Positions 7,272-16,292 of a DNA stretch of 32,000 bases are shown here, piece by piece. Position 1 is the first letter of the stretch; every line of letters begins with the position of its first letter. The notes under the pieces were generated by a model. The model was not told the origin of the DNA and did not search any database. It saw nothing but the letters and a program-made list of their open reading frames with translations. Source of the DNA: Acaryochloris thomasi RCC1774 (GTDB lineage Bacteria; Cyanobacteriota; Cyanobacteriia; Thermosynechococcales; Thermosynechococcaceae); NCBI RefSeq assembly GCF_003231495.1, contig NZ_PQWO01000006.1:257387-289386 (forward strand), given 5' to 3'. The translations under genes and the position numbers were made by a program.

Positions 7272-9566
7272 TCAAGCGTGGACGTCAAAACGATCGAGCA
7301 TCATCACCTTGTCCCAGGCCGCAACGAAGTCTTTGACCATGCGTTCATGACCATCATCAGCACCGTAGACTTCGGCCACTTGGCGTAGCTCTGCGTTTGA
7401 ACCAAAGATCAGATCGCAGGATGTTGCAGTGAACTTTGTCTCGCCGGATTTGCGATCGCAAATCTCAAAGAGCCTCTCGCGATCGTCGGCGGGCTTCCAC
7501 TCATAGTCCATGCTGGTCAGAACTCGGAAGAAGTCATTGGTTAAAACACCGGGCCGGTCGGTAAAGACACCGTGCTTTGAATGATCCCAGTTTTGGTCGA
7601 GGGCACGCAGTCCGCCGACGAGGGCCGTCCATTCAGGAGCGGTCAACGTTAGGAGGTGCGCTCGGTCAAGAAAGATCCGCTCTGGCTTTACCTTGAAGCC
7701 AATCGCATCATTGTGGTAGTTCCGAAAACCATCCGAGACCGGCTTCAGCCAATTGAAGCTTTCAACATCGGTCATTTCCTGAGTCGTATCCATTCGACCC
7801 GGAGTGAACGGAACAGATACAGAAACACCGGCATCTTGCGCCGCCTTCTCGACTGCAGCACAGCCGCCCAGAACGATCAGGTCTGCCATTGAAATTTTTT
7901 TGCTGCCCGACTGAGCACCGTTAAAGTCTGACTGAATTTGCTCAAGGGCCGATAGAACCTCGCCAAGCTCCTGGGGGCGATTCATCTCCCAATCCTTCTG
8001 CGGATCTAAGCCGACACGCGCGCCATTTGCGCCGCCGCGCTTGTCAGTGTCACGGTAGGTGGACGCTGATGCCCAAGCGGCTGACACGAGCGCTGAGACA
8101 GAGAGTCCACTCTCGAGGATCTTATGCTTGAGAGCATCGATATCGGCATCACCAACAACATCATGGTCGAGCGCCGGAATCGGATCTTGCCAGGGCAAGT
8201 CCTCTTTTGCGACTTCTGGGCCAAGGTAGCGCGCCTTCGGACCCATATCCCGGTGCATTAACTTGTACCAAGCGCGAGCGAACGCATCGCTGAAGTCATC
8301 AAAGTCACCGACGAAGCGCTGACAGATCTCGTGATAGGCCGGATCAACCTTTAACGCCAAGTCCGACGTCATCATCATCAGCGAGTGCTCAACGTTTGGC
8401 TGGTGGGCATCCGGCGTCTTCGGTGCATCTGGACTGCTCGGCTGCCACTGAATGGAACCGGCTGGACTTTCAGTCTTTTCCCAGTCGTACTTGAACAGAT
8501 TTTCTAGGTAGCTGTTGTCCCATTGGGTCGGGTCTGGCGTCCAGGATCCTTCAATCCCGTTCGTCATTGTATATTGGGCAAATCCTGTCCCTTTTGGGTT
8601 TTGCCACCCGAGGCCCATTGCCTGGAGCGGTGCGGCTTCCGGTGCGGGGCCGATCTTGTCCGGCTCTACCATGCCGTGACTCTTACCGAAGGCATGACCG
8701 CCTGCAATCAGCGCCACAGTTTCCTCATCATTCATCCCCATGCGCGCAAAGGTCTCGCGGATATCGCGGGCGGACGCGGCGGGATCGCCCTCACCGTTCG
8801 GACCTTCGGGATCAACATAAATTAGTGCTTGGTGCGAAGCCGCCAGCGGATTTTCAAGGTCGTAATGTTCCTCGTCCGGCTTGCCGACCCAGCGGATCTC
8901 GCGGGTGACCATCTGATCTGGATGACCGGCGTGCTGCTTACCTCTTTCTCCGCTTTCTTCGAGCGATTGGCCATTCCAAAACTCAGAACCCCAGTAGGTG
9001 GACCGGTCTGCTTCCCAGGCGTCAATGCGACCGCCGCCAAAGCCGAAGGTCTTGAAGCCCATAATCTCAAGGGCGCAGTTGCCCGTTAGAGCCATTAGAT
9101 CAGCCCAGCTCAGCGCTGCACCATATTGCTGCTTAATCGGCCACAGCAGCCGCCGTGATTTATCGGTGTTCCCGTTATCCCACCAAGAATTGAGGGGGGC
9201 GAAGCGCTGCATGCCTTGACCGGCACCGCCGCGACCGTCTGCGATCCGGTAGGTGCCTGCGGCGTGCCACGCCATGCGGACCATCTGCGGCCCATAATTG
9301 CCGTAGTCAGCAGGCCACCAATCTTTCGAATCCGTTAGCAGCGCTTTGATATCACTCTTTAACTGTTCAAAATCAATCTTTTCAAAGGCTTCTTGATAAT
9401 TAAAATCTCGTAGCGGATTGGCTTGGGACGACTGTGTATGGAGAAGTTCGACCTGAAGCCGATTCGGCCACCAATCATCGGTTTGTGGCTTGGAGCCGAG
9501 AGCGCCGCCAACGCGGGTTCCACGGAAAGGGCATTGCGCAGGAGCGGCGGTAGGGGTGTTGTTCAT
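7272..9566 (-). CDS. katG: Bifunctional catalase-peroxidase KatG
   Basis: 764 aa with a two-lobed class I peroxidase layout and KatG-typical segments: 'CPFRG...[13 protein letters not shown]', '[19 protein letters not shown]', '[13 protein letters not shown]', '[22 protein letters not shown]'. Confidence 0.97.
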   Translation of the reverse strand: MNNTPTAAPAQCPFRGTRVGGALGSKPQTDDWWPNRLQVELLHTQSSQANPLRDFNYQEAFEKIDFEQLKSDIKALLTDSKDWWPADYGNYGPQMVRMAWHAAGTYRIADGRGGAGQGMQRFAPLNSWWDNGNTDKSRRLLWPIKQQYGAALSWADLMALTGNCALEIMGFKTFGFGGGRIDAWEADRSTYWGSEFWNGQSLEESGERGKQHAGHPDQMVTREIRWVGKPDEEHYDLENPLAASHQALIYVDPEGPNGEGDPAASARDIRETFARMGMNDEETVALIAGGHAFGKSHGMVEPDKIGPAPEAAPLQAMGLGWQNPKGTGFAQYTMTNGIEGSWTPDPTQWDNSYLENLFKYDWEKTESPAGSIQWQPSSPDAPKTPDAHQPNVEHSLMMMTSDLALKVDPAYHEICQRFVGDFDDFSDAFARAWYKLMHRDMGPKARYLGPEVAKEDLPWQDPIPALDHDVVGDADIDALKHKILESGLSVSALVSAAWASASTYRDTDKRGGANGARVGLDPQKDWEMNRPQELGEVLSALEQIQSDFNGAQSGSKKISMADLIVLGGCAAVEKAAQDAGVSVSVPFTPGRMDTTQEMTDVESFNWLKPVSDGFRNYHNDAIGFKVKPERIFLDRAHLLTLTAPEWTALVGGLRALDQNWDHSKHGVFTDRPGVLTNDFFRVLTSMDYEWKPADDRERLFEICDRKSGETKFTATSCDLIFGSNAELRQVAEVYGADDGHERMVKDFVAAWDKVMMLDRFDVHA

Positions 9567-9651
9567 GGGTCCAATCCTTTCTAGGAAGTGTCTTCAGTCT
9601 GGCGAGTTGCTGCAGTAAGTTGGGCCGTGTGCTGGCATTGACGGCGCTCAA

Positions 9652-9709
9652 TCATAATTAAGATGGCACGATCAACGCTAGATACTCAATCTCTCTGCAG
9701 ATAGATATT
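9652..9709 (-). promoter_or_regulatory. katG promoter/operator module (copy 2 of the 5951..6006 element)
   Basis: TCATAATTAAGATGGCACG...CAATCTCTCTGCAGATAGATATT. An 18-bp palindrome at 9689..9706 pairs at 8 of 9 positions. On the minus strand TATGAT (-10-like) lies at 9651..9656, about 85 nt upstream of the katG ATG. Confidence 0.55.
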
Positions 9710-9718
9710 CAGTTGTCT

Positions 9719-10417
9719 TTAATAGGCTGTCTCAATACGATCGCTAAAAAATTTCCCCGTCATTGCTAGCGTCGCTTCCGTCGCTAGCCAAACTGCCGTA
9801 TCGGCACCTTGCTCGGGCGATCGCGGTGCCGACTCACCTCCCATATCCGTCGCCACCCAGCCAGGAGACATGGCATACACGCCAATCTGCTTTGGCCGCA
9901 GAGCATTCGCGAGCATAATAGTCGCTCCATTCAGTGCCAGCTTCGATAAACAGTAGCTGGGAACATTTGCCGAGAGTCCATCCAAAGCGCCATAGCCACT
10001 GGACATGTTGATCACTTTGGCGCTGTCAGATTTTTCGAGCAGCGGCAGGAAGGTCTGTGTGATCTTCACGGGACTGAAGGCATTTGTGTTCATGGTCTGG
10101 TCAAGAAGCTCCCGTGAAATCGTGAGGATGTTGACGCCTTCGTCGGGATAAATGCCGGCGTTGTTGATCAGCACGTCGAGACGCTCTATTTGTCGAGTGA
10201 GAGTTTCAGCCGCTTTCTGAATGCTGTGATCGTCAGTCACGTCGAGTTCAAGTGTTTTTACGTCTGGGTGTAGCTGTTCGGCAGCGGCTTGGGCTTTGGG
10301 TTGCGATCGCGCCGCCAAAATGACCTCAAACCCTGCTTTTAAGAGTCCTTCGCAAATGGCATAGCCGATCCCCCGATTGCCTCCAGTGACTAGAGCCGTT
10401 TTGTGTTGAGATGGCAT
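9719..10417 (-). CDS. SDR family oxidoreductase (carbonyl-reductase-like)
   Basis: 'TALVTGGNRGIGYAI' Rossmann motif, 'NNAG', and catalytic 'YCLSK'. Confidence 0.9.
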   Translation of the reverse strand: MPSQHKTALVTGGNRGIGYAICEGLLKAGFEVILAARSQPKAQAAAEQLHPDVKTLELDVTDDHSIQKAAETLTRQIERLDVLINNAGIYPDEGVNILTISRELLDQTMNTNAFSPVKITQTFLPLLEKSDSAKVINMSSGYGALDGLSANVPSYCLSKLALNGATIMLANALRPKQIGVYAMSPGWVATDMGGESAPRSPEQGADTAVWLATEATLAMTGKFFSDRIETAY

Positions 10418-10456
10418 AGGTGTTCCTATTCCAATTGGACCTTATTTTTCACAGAT

Positions 10457-10864
10457 CTATGTAATCAACACGTCGGTTATTTGTTCTAGCTCAATCAGGT
10501 TGCCATCTGGATCGCGAAAGCAGGTAGAAAGAAAGCCTCGATCAGGATAGTTGGTGGGTGGAGCCAGTAGTTCTACGCTGTGGCCTTTTAGATATGCGAT
10601 CGCATCATCTAAGCTCTTCACCTGAAAGGACAAAGCAACCTGAGCATTGTGAGGGTCATAGCTCAGGGACTCTGTTTGGGGAATAAAATCTGTCATTTTC
10701 TTGCGATTGAACAGCGTGATCCGAATCCCGTTGGCGTCAAACTCGACGTATTCATCCATATCGTCTTCAAACTTGATGTCGAGTCCCATCACATCTCGGT
10801 AAAAGGCTTTACAGGCTTGGAAGTCCTCGACGTTTAGACGGGTGTAGGTGTATCGAAATTTCAT
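10457..10864 (-). CDS. VOC family (glyoxalase-like) protein
   Basis: 135 aa, single VOC domain ('NVEDFQACKAFYRDVMGL' ... 'FRDPDGNLIEL'). Confidence 0.8.
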   Translation of the reverse strand: MKFRYTYTRLNVEDFQACKAFYRDVMGLDIKFEDDMDEYVEFDANGIRITLFNRKKMTDFIPQTESLSYDPHNAQVALSFQVKSLDDAIAYLKGHSVELLAPPTNYPDRGFLSTCFRDPDGNLIELEQITDVLIT

Positions 10865-10931
10865 GAATTGAGTTCTCCTATCGTTCTACCTGTCTTGCTT
10901 ACAATGAATCTTGATCGGACAAACCAGCAAA

Positions 10932-11118
10932 CTATAGTTCACAGATTAGCAGTCTGTCTAAAAAGTAGTTTGTTCTTTTGGAACCCTAGAGTGGGTTCTA
11001 TCAGCCTGAGGGATAATAGTCCGAGGGGGCTTCGAAAGAAAGAGGGAGGCCTTCTTCAATTCGAGCGATCACTAAAACTTGCATGGTTGAATTTCTCTGC
11101 AAAGGGGCTTGATATTGC
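10932..11118 (-). pseudogene. GUN4-domain C-terminal remnant (stops and a frameshift)
   Basis: The minus strand reads ...LPLSFEAPSDYYPSG**NPL*GSKRTNYFLDRLLICEL-stop, versus ...ELDFSLEAPLGCHPSGWWNSPYGSKMTNYFLARLLTCEQ-stop for the intact gene at 15669. Further upstream, AISSPFAEKFNHASFSDRS in another frame aligns with IAQDQTLVEKWGDRLGWREGDR. Confidence 0.7.
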
Positions 11119-11589
11119 TCAAACAAAGAGACTACCGCCATCAATATCGATGACTGTTCCTGTGAGATAAGGGTTAGTCATGATTTGCAACGCTATTGCC
11201 GCGATGTCTTCAGGTAATCCGATTCGCTGGACTGGGAGCTGCTCGGCTGTGTTTTTGTACATGGCTTCCCGTTGCTCCTCGGGCATATCGCTATAGATTG
11301 GGGGCTTGACCAGGCCCGGAGAAATCACGTTGACTCGCACGGGGGCTAATTCGACTGCCAAGGAGCGGCCTAATCCTTCTACGGCGGCGTTGACAGTGGT
11401 TGCAGCAACTGTCCCCACCGCAGGCCTGTGACTCAGCACACCCGAGAACAACGTGACCGAACCAGTGGCGCACATCTTGGCTGCTTTCACTGCTCGATAG
11501 GCTCCCCAGAACTTGCTGTCCATCGACGCCATCGCGTCTGCGGTTTCCATAAATGAAAGCGTTTTTTGTGTCATAGCGAAAGCAAACAA
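11119..11589 (-). pseudogene. SDR family oxidoreductase lacking the N-terminal Rossmann part
   Basis: The 156 aa correspond only to the C-terminal two-thirds of an SDR ('KFWGAYRAVKAA', 'NVISPGLV', 'GTVIDIDGGSLFV'). There is no TGxxxGxG segment. Only ~140 nt of non-coding-looking DNA lie upstream before the next gene. Confidence 0.55.
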
Positions 11590-11728
11590 AGAGAAGATGT
11601 AGCGGTTTAAGTCGCAATGATGGGGCGTACCGATTGATACTTTGTTTTTCGGTTGGATGTTTCCTATTTGATGTTCTGTATAAAAAATGCAGAAAATACA
11701 GGTGCGTTTATTCCCTCACTGCTGCACC

Positions 11729-12346
11729 CTACTCCTTGACCTGAGCGAGTGCCTCTTGTGCCTCTTTCTTAGACCAGCGTTCGGCATAGAGGGGTGCTCC
11801 GTTTTGGAAATAATGTCCGTTAGCGAGTGAGCCAACATCTATCGGCACAAACTTTGCCTCTTTAATCAGTTGAGCAACCGTTGTCTTTGCCTCTGGGTTG
11901 TCACCTGCATAAAAGATGGCGAGTTCATCCTCGGTTTGACCGTTGGCCCGCGCCTCCATCTCGTCCGCGAACATCATGTTGAACGCTTTAACGAGGGTGG
12001 TCTTCGGCAGCTTTTGCGCCAGTGCTTCGCTTTGGCTTGGGGCGCTGACTTCAACATCTCCATCTCGCTTAGGGTAGTAGTTTGAAGCTGTGATTAGCGT
12101 TTTCCCGGCCAGAGCATCTGCCGATAGTGACATCGTGGCCGCGAAGGGGATCGCTTCTAGAATGATGTCTGCAAATGCGATCGCATCTTCTGCCGTCCCA
12201 GCCTGAGCATTGCTCCCTGCTTTCTCAACCAGCTCGCTCAACGTTTCAGGATTGCGCGAGGAGAAGAAGACTTCATGACCTGCCTGTGCCCATAGTCTCC
12301 CTAAGGCTCCTCCAATATTTCCGCTGCCTATAATGCCAATCCTCAT
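11729..12346 (-). CDS. NAD(P)-binding oxidoreductase of the F420-dependent NADP reductase (NpdG-like) family
   Basis: 'MRIGIIGSGNIGGALGRLWAQAGHEVFFSSR' N-terminal dinucleotide-binding fold. The 205-aa size is typical of this family. Confidence 0.7.
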   Translation of the reverse strand: MRIGIIGSGNIGGALGRLWAQAGHEVFFSSRNPETLSELVEKAGSNAQAGTAEDAIAFADIILEAIPFAATMSLSADALAGKTLITASNYYPKRDGDVEVSAPSQSEALAQKLPKTTLVKAFNMMFADEMEARANGQTEDELAIFYAGDNPEAKTTVAQLIKEAKFVPIDVGSLANGHYFQNGAPLYAERWSKKEAQEALAQVKE

Positions 12347-12480
12347 TATTGATGCTCCAGTTAGTATTTTTTCTGTACATTGCTCACGCGTCTTGCCAAA
12401 GACCCAAACGGAGCTGACTGCTATCTACAAGCAAGCGAGTGTTTTCACCGGGGTGACCTCCTTCTCACAACGATGAGAAT

Positions 12481-13494
12481 CTATGCAGCAACAACAGCCC
12501 GATAGCGAGCTTTGCCATCCCGAACATGCTGCACGGCCTTGTTGATATCCTCCATCGCGAACTGCTCGCACATGGGCGCGATGTCATGAGTGGCGCAAAA
12601 CTCCAGCATCGCTTGGGTATCAGCAGGCGCTCCCGCTCGACCGCCCGCGATTTTTTTCTCAGTGCCAATGAGCGGAAAGGGCATAAACTCAACTGCGCCG
12701 CCCGGAACGCCGCAGAGAATTAGCGTTCCCTCTGGCGATAGGGTCTGAATGTAGGCGTTCCAGTCCACATCGGCGGAAACGGTAGATACAATCACGTCAA
12801 ACCGACCCGCAGCTTTTTCCAGATCCTCCGGTGATTCTTTGGTGGCAATGAAGTTTGTGGCTCCGAGTTCACGGGTTCCTTCTTCCTTGGAGCGAGTGGT
12901 ACTCAGGCCGGTCACTTGCGTGCCCATCTTGGCTAGGAACTGCACCGCTAGATGACCTAAACCGCCAACCCCCAAAACTGCCGTTTCCATTCCCGGTCGA
13001 ACGCCGTGATGACGAATAGGAGACCAAACGGTGGTGCCCGCACACATGAGTGGACCCGCGAGTGATGGATCGAGCGTCTCGGGAATTGGGATGGCCCATT
13101 TGGCTTGCGATCGCACCTTCTCTGCCCAAGCGCCATTGCGACCGACAATGGTTTCAGCCACTTCGCTACCGTTCAGGCACAGCGACTCTTTCCCAACGCC
13201 ACATTTTTTACAGTGATTACAAGACGCTGACTGCCAACCCACACCAACCCGCTGACCGACGCGATCTTGAGAGACTTGATCTCCCACGGCCACGATTTTA
13301 CCGACGGCTTCATGACCGGGAATAAACGGATAGCTAGACATCCCCCAGTCGTTGTCAATCATCGCCAAATCACTGTGGCAAATGCCGCAGAATTCAACTT
13401 CCACCTCAACTTCGTCTGGGCCTAGTGCGCCTGGATCGTACTCAAAGGATTTGAGCTGTCCGCCTTTCTCTTTGCAGGCATATCCTTTAATCAC
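12481..13494 (-). CDS. adhA: Zinc-dependent NAD(P) alcohol dehydrogenase (YahK/AdhA-like)
   Basis: 'GICHSD', 'GHEAVG' and the structural-zinc cluster 'CNHCKKCGVGKESLC'. The N-terminus resembles cyanobacterial AdhA (from memory, not searched). The start was chosen at GTG 13494 (IKGYACKEK...), 6 nt after GGAGAA; the listed ORF begins at TTG 13518. Confidence 0.88.
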   Translation of the reverse strand: MIKGYACKEKGGQLKSFEYDPGALGPDEVEVEVEFCGICHSDLAMIDNDWGMSSYPFIPGHEAVGKIVAVGDQVSQDRVGQRVGVGWQSASCNHCKKCGVGKESLCLNGSEVAETIVGRNGAWAEKVRSQAKWAIPIPETLDPSLAGPLMCAGTTVWSPIRHHGVRPGMETAVLGVGGLGHLAVQFLAKMGTQVTGLSTTRSKEEGTRELGATNFIATKESPEDLEKAAGRFDVIVSTVSADVDWNAYIQTLSPEGTLILCGVPGGAVEFMPFPLIGTEKKIAGGRAGAPADTQAMLEFCATHDIAPMCEQFAMEDINKAVQHVRDGKARYRAVVAA

Positions 13495-13599
13495 GGTTGT
13501 TTCTCCTAGAAAAATCAAGGGCTAGAGTTCGATAATGCAGCAAATCGGCTTGTTTTGAGGCGTCGTTCAACACTTTTCTCTAAAATTTCTGCATAAGTC

Positions 13600-14325
13600 C
13601 TACAGCTCTTGATCAGAAGGACGCACAACGATTTCATTGACCGAAACGTCATCAGGCTGCTCGATCGCATAGAGAACAGCTCGACTGATCGCGGTCGGCG
13701 AGATAAAGCTGAAGCTCTCCTCAACCTGCTCACCCGTTTGCTGATCATTGCTGGCCGTAATCAGCTCACTCTCAACCGCACCCGGATAAATAGTGGTGAC
13801 GCGGACCTTGCCCAACGTTTCTTTCCGCAGGGCTTCGCTGATCGCCTTGACCGCAAATTTAGTGCCGCAGTAAACCCCAAAGTTAGGAAAGACATGTAGA
13901 GAGGCAACCGAACCGATATTGATCACATGACCGCTGCCGCGCTCCATTAAATGAGGTAAGACTGCTGCAATCCCGTGCAGAACGCCGCGAATGTTGACGT
14001 CAATCGCTGTGTTCCAGTCGTCTAGCTTGAGGTCAATGAGTGGACTGACTGGCATCACGCCTGCATTGTTGATGAATACATCGACCTGACCAAACTTTGC
14101 GATCGTGGCCTGGACTAAAGCACGAGTTTGATCCACATCTGTGACATCTGTCGCGTGGTAGGCAACGCCGTCTCCTAATTCGGTAGCAAGTTCTTTGAGG
14201 CGGTCTTCGCGGCGGGCAGCAAGCATGACTTTGCCCCCTGCATTAGCGAGTTCTCTTGCGATCGCTTCTCCAATACCGCTACTGGCTCCGGTGACAATCG
14301 TGACAGTCTGATTAATCTTGGACAT
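13600..14325 (-). CDS. Classical SDR family oxidoreductase
   Basis: 'TGASSGIGEAIA', 'NNAG', 'YCGTK'. Confidence 0.9.
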   Translation of the reverse strand: MSKINQTVTIVTGASSGIGEAIARELANAGGKVMLAARREDRLKELATELGDGVAYHATDVTDVDQTRALVQATIAKFGQVDVFINNAGVMPVSPLIDLKLDDWNTAIDVNIRGVLHGIAAVLPHLMERGSGHVINIGSVASLHVFPNFGVYCGTKFAVKAISEALRKETLGKVRVTTIYPGAVESELITASNDQQTGEQVEESFSFISPTAISRAVLYAIEQPDDVSVNEIVVRPSDQEL

Positions 14326-14400
14326 TAAAACTCCTAAATGTAGAAATTGAAGGTTTTCGTCTGCCCAGCCGCTGCAGCGCTTCCAGATCCGTCATTAGGG

Positions 14401-15417
14401 TTAGCTCACCTGCAGCACAATCTTTCCGGTCTGCTTGTTTGACTCCAGCGACTGATGCGCTGCCACCACATCATCAAGCTTGAAGGTTTCGCTCACCACT
14501 GGTTTCAACCGACCGTCGGCCAAGCGCGGCAGCAGAAACTCACGTGCCTCAGCCACCGCTTCAACCTGCTGCGGCATACCCATGTGCGGATAGCCCGTGT
14601 AGGCAAATACGCTATAGCCATGCAAACTGATGTTTTTAGCCAGTACCGACATAGCGGGCAGCACCGGATCAGTCTGATCGAGAACTCCGTACAACACATA
14701 GCGCCCACCGACTGCCAAAGAGTTCAGCAGTGTCGGAATACTTTTTCCTGCAATCGGATCGAAGACTATCTTGACGCCTTTGCCTCCCGTAATCTCCTCA
14801 ATGCGGGTGGCTAAATCCTCCTCGTCAGTCACAATCACGTGATCGGCCCCAGCCTCCGATAGTGCTGCCGCTTTCGCTCGCTTTCGAGTGGTGGCAATGA
14901 CCGATGCACCAAGCTGCTTCGCAACTTCAATTCCGGCGAAACCGACGCCACCCGTTGCCGCTGTGAGCAGTACCGTATCGCCTTCTCCAACTTCACCTAT
15001 CGTGCTTAGGGCAAAGTACACCGTTGTATATTGAACCCCAACACAGGCAGCTTCTTCTGCGGAAAGGCGCTCAGGCCAGGGCCAGATTGCGTTGGCGGGA
15101 ACGATCGCCGCTTCACCGTATACGCCATAGTCTCCCTGAGAGAATGCGGGGATAGTGAAGATGCGATCGCCCACGGCTACATTGTCAACACCAGACCCCA
15201 CCGCCTCAACCGTCCCCGCAGCATCATAGCCAAGCTTGCAAGGAAGTTTTGGCACCTCAATATATTGATTAAGTCGCCAGAGCGCATCTGCACGGTTTAA
15301 GCCAACAGCCTTCACCGAAATGCGGACTTCACCCTTGCTAGGTTCCGGCAGCTCTTGGTCGTCAATCTTGAGAACCTCAGGACCACCAAATTCATGAATA
15401 CGGACAATGCGTGCCAT
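14401..15417 (-). CDS. MDR-family NADPH:quinone oxidoreductase / zinc-binding dehydrogenase
   Basis: Quinone-oxidoreductase-type MDR ('GLNRADALWR', 'AATGGVGFAGIEVAKQLGA'). The start was chosen at ATG 15417 (MARIVRI), 7 nt after GGAGA; the listed ORF begins at TTG 15438. Confidence 0.85.
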   Translation of the reverse strand: MARIVRIHEFGGPEVLKIDDQELPEPSKGEVRISVKAVGLNRADALWRLNQYIEVPKLPCKLGYDAAGTVEAVGSGVDNVAVGDRIFTIPAFSQGDYGVYGEAAIVPANAIWPWPERLSAEEAACVGVQYTTVYFALSTIGEVGEGDTVLLTAATGGVGFAGIEVAKQLGASVIATTRKRAKAAALSEAGADHVIVTDEEDLATRIEEITGGKGVKIVFDPIAGKSIPTLLNSLAVGGRYVLYGVLDQTDPVLPAMSVLAKNISLHGYSVFAYTGYPHMGMPQQVEAVAEAREFLLPRLADGRLKPVVSETFKLDDVVAAHQSLESNKQTGKIVLQVS

Positions 15418-15459
15418 TCTCATCTCTCCATTCTGCAAACTAGGCTGTAACTGAAATTC

Positions 15460-15546
15460 GATATTGACTTACTATCGGTAGCCTAATGACCGCCTCATTA
15501 ATTAGTCAAATGCATACTACGGATATATGGAATCGATAGCATGAAT
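15460..15546. promoter_or_regulatory. Orphan LysR-type divergent control region with a LysR start-codon stub
   Basis: 87 nt align with 22063..22144: GATATTGAC, CTATCGGTAG, CTAATGACC, GTCAAATG and ATCGAT...ATGAAT are shared. It contains the dyad TAATGA-n5-TCATTA. After ATGAAT (15541) the reading frame has no LysR similarity. Confidence 0.6.
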
Positions 15547-15668
15547 ATTGGGTTCACATCTGTGACTGTGCTGCTAGCCTCCAGCACGATTTCTCGGGTC
15601 ACGGGAAAATCTCGGTATGGAATCCTTTTGATATTTCTTGATTTATCCACGAAGTTGATAGGTGCAGT

Positions 15669-16292
15669 CTATTGTTCACAAGTTAGCAGTCGGGCGAGGA
15701 AGTAGTTTGTCATCTTCGAGCCGTAGGGCGAGTTCCACCAGCCAGATGGATGGCAGCCCAAGGGGGCTTCGAGGGAAAAGTCGAGTTCATGACACTTGCG
15801 CCAGCGATCGCCTTCCCGCCAGCCCAGGCGATCGCCCCATTTCTCAACGAGGGTTTGATCTTGAGCGATTGTGGTATCGAGCGTTCCCCCCAGCTCCTGA
15901 TAGATGCGGAGCTGAACGCTGAACCCGAACCGTTCATCGCTATAGGTTTGCCAAAGCTGATCGAGTACCTGTAGCTGACCGCAAGGAAATTTGCGGATGT
16001 CGTCGGGCCTTAGATCCTCTAGGTTTGCCACGCCTTCGATATCTTGAATCAAGCGAATGGTTTCCTGATCTGCCTCATACCAACGATGGTCAGCAAGATA
16101 ATCTTGAAGCTGTTCATAGCGATATAAATCGCCAACGGCTAGGAGTCTCTGCTCAATTTTGGTGACTTGCTTTGATAGCTGCTGCAGCGGTGAAACTTGC
16201 GTCTTGACTTCCTCTATCTGGGTCATGAGCTCCTGAAGCTGCGCTTGAATAGCAGCGAGCTGTTCACCTAGGGCGTTATCGGCATTACTCAT
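15669..16292 (-). CDS. GUN4-domain protein with N-terminal coiled coil
   Basis: The C-terminal part 'FPCGQLQVLDQLWQTYSDERFGFSVQLRIYQELGG...WGDRLGWREG...LEAPLGCHPSGWW' fits the GUN4 domain pattern. The N-terminal 50 aa are heptad-like (LQELMTQIEEVKTQV). Confidence 0.7.
   Translation of the reverse strand: MSNADNALGEQLAAIQAQLQELMTQIEEVKTQVSPLQQLSKQVTKIEQRLLAVGDLYRYEQLQDYLADHRWYEADQETIRLIQDIEGVANLEDLRPDDIRKFPCGQLQVLDQLWQTYSDERFGFSVQLRIYQELGGTLDTTIAQDQTLVEKWGDRLGWREGDRWRKCHELDFSLEAPLGCHPSGWWNSPYGSKMTNYFLARLLTCEQ

Noticed and set aside
7656-9295. Listed ORFs on both strands inside katG (7656..7892, 8006..8224, 8523..8825, 8567..8908, 8822..9070, 8829..9089, 8998..9219, 9110..9295)
   Set aside because: All lie within the unambiguous 764-aa KatG reading frame. 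They have Arg/Pro/Ser-rich compositions typical of off-frame or antisense translation.
9640-9670. Possible Fur/PerR box in the AT-rich conserved block upstream of katG (CTTAATTATGATTGAG)
   Set aside because: It does not form the 7-1-7 inverted repeat (TGATAATnATTATCA / TTATAATnATTATAA). Only about half the positions match, so I do not call it a PerR site.
10868-11170. 100-aa + ORF (and the similar + ORFs 15662..15922 and 15750..15974)
   Set aside because: Their mutual similarity arises because they are antisense to two homologous GUN4 C-terminal sequences. The minus-strand reading gives the recognisable protein.
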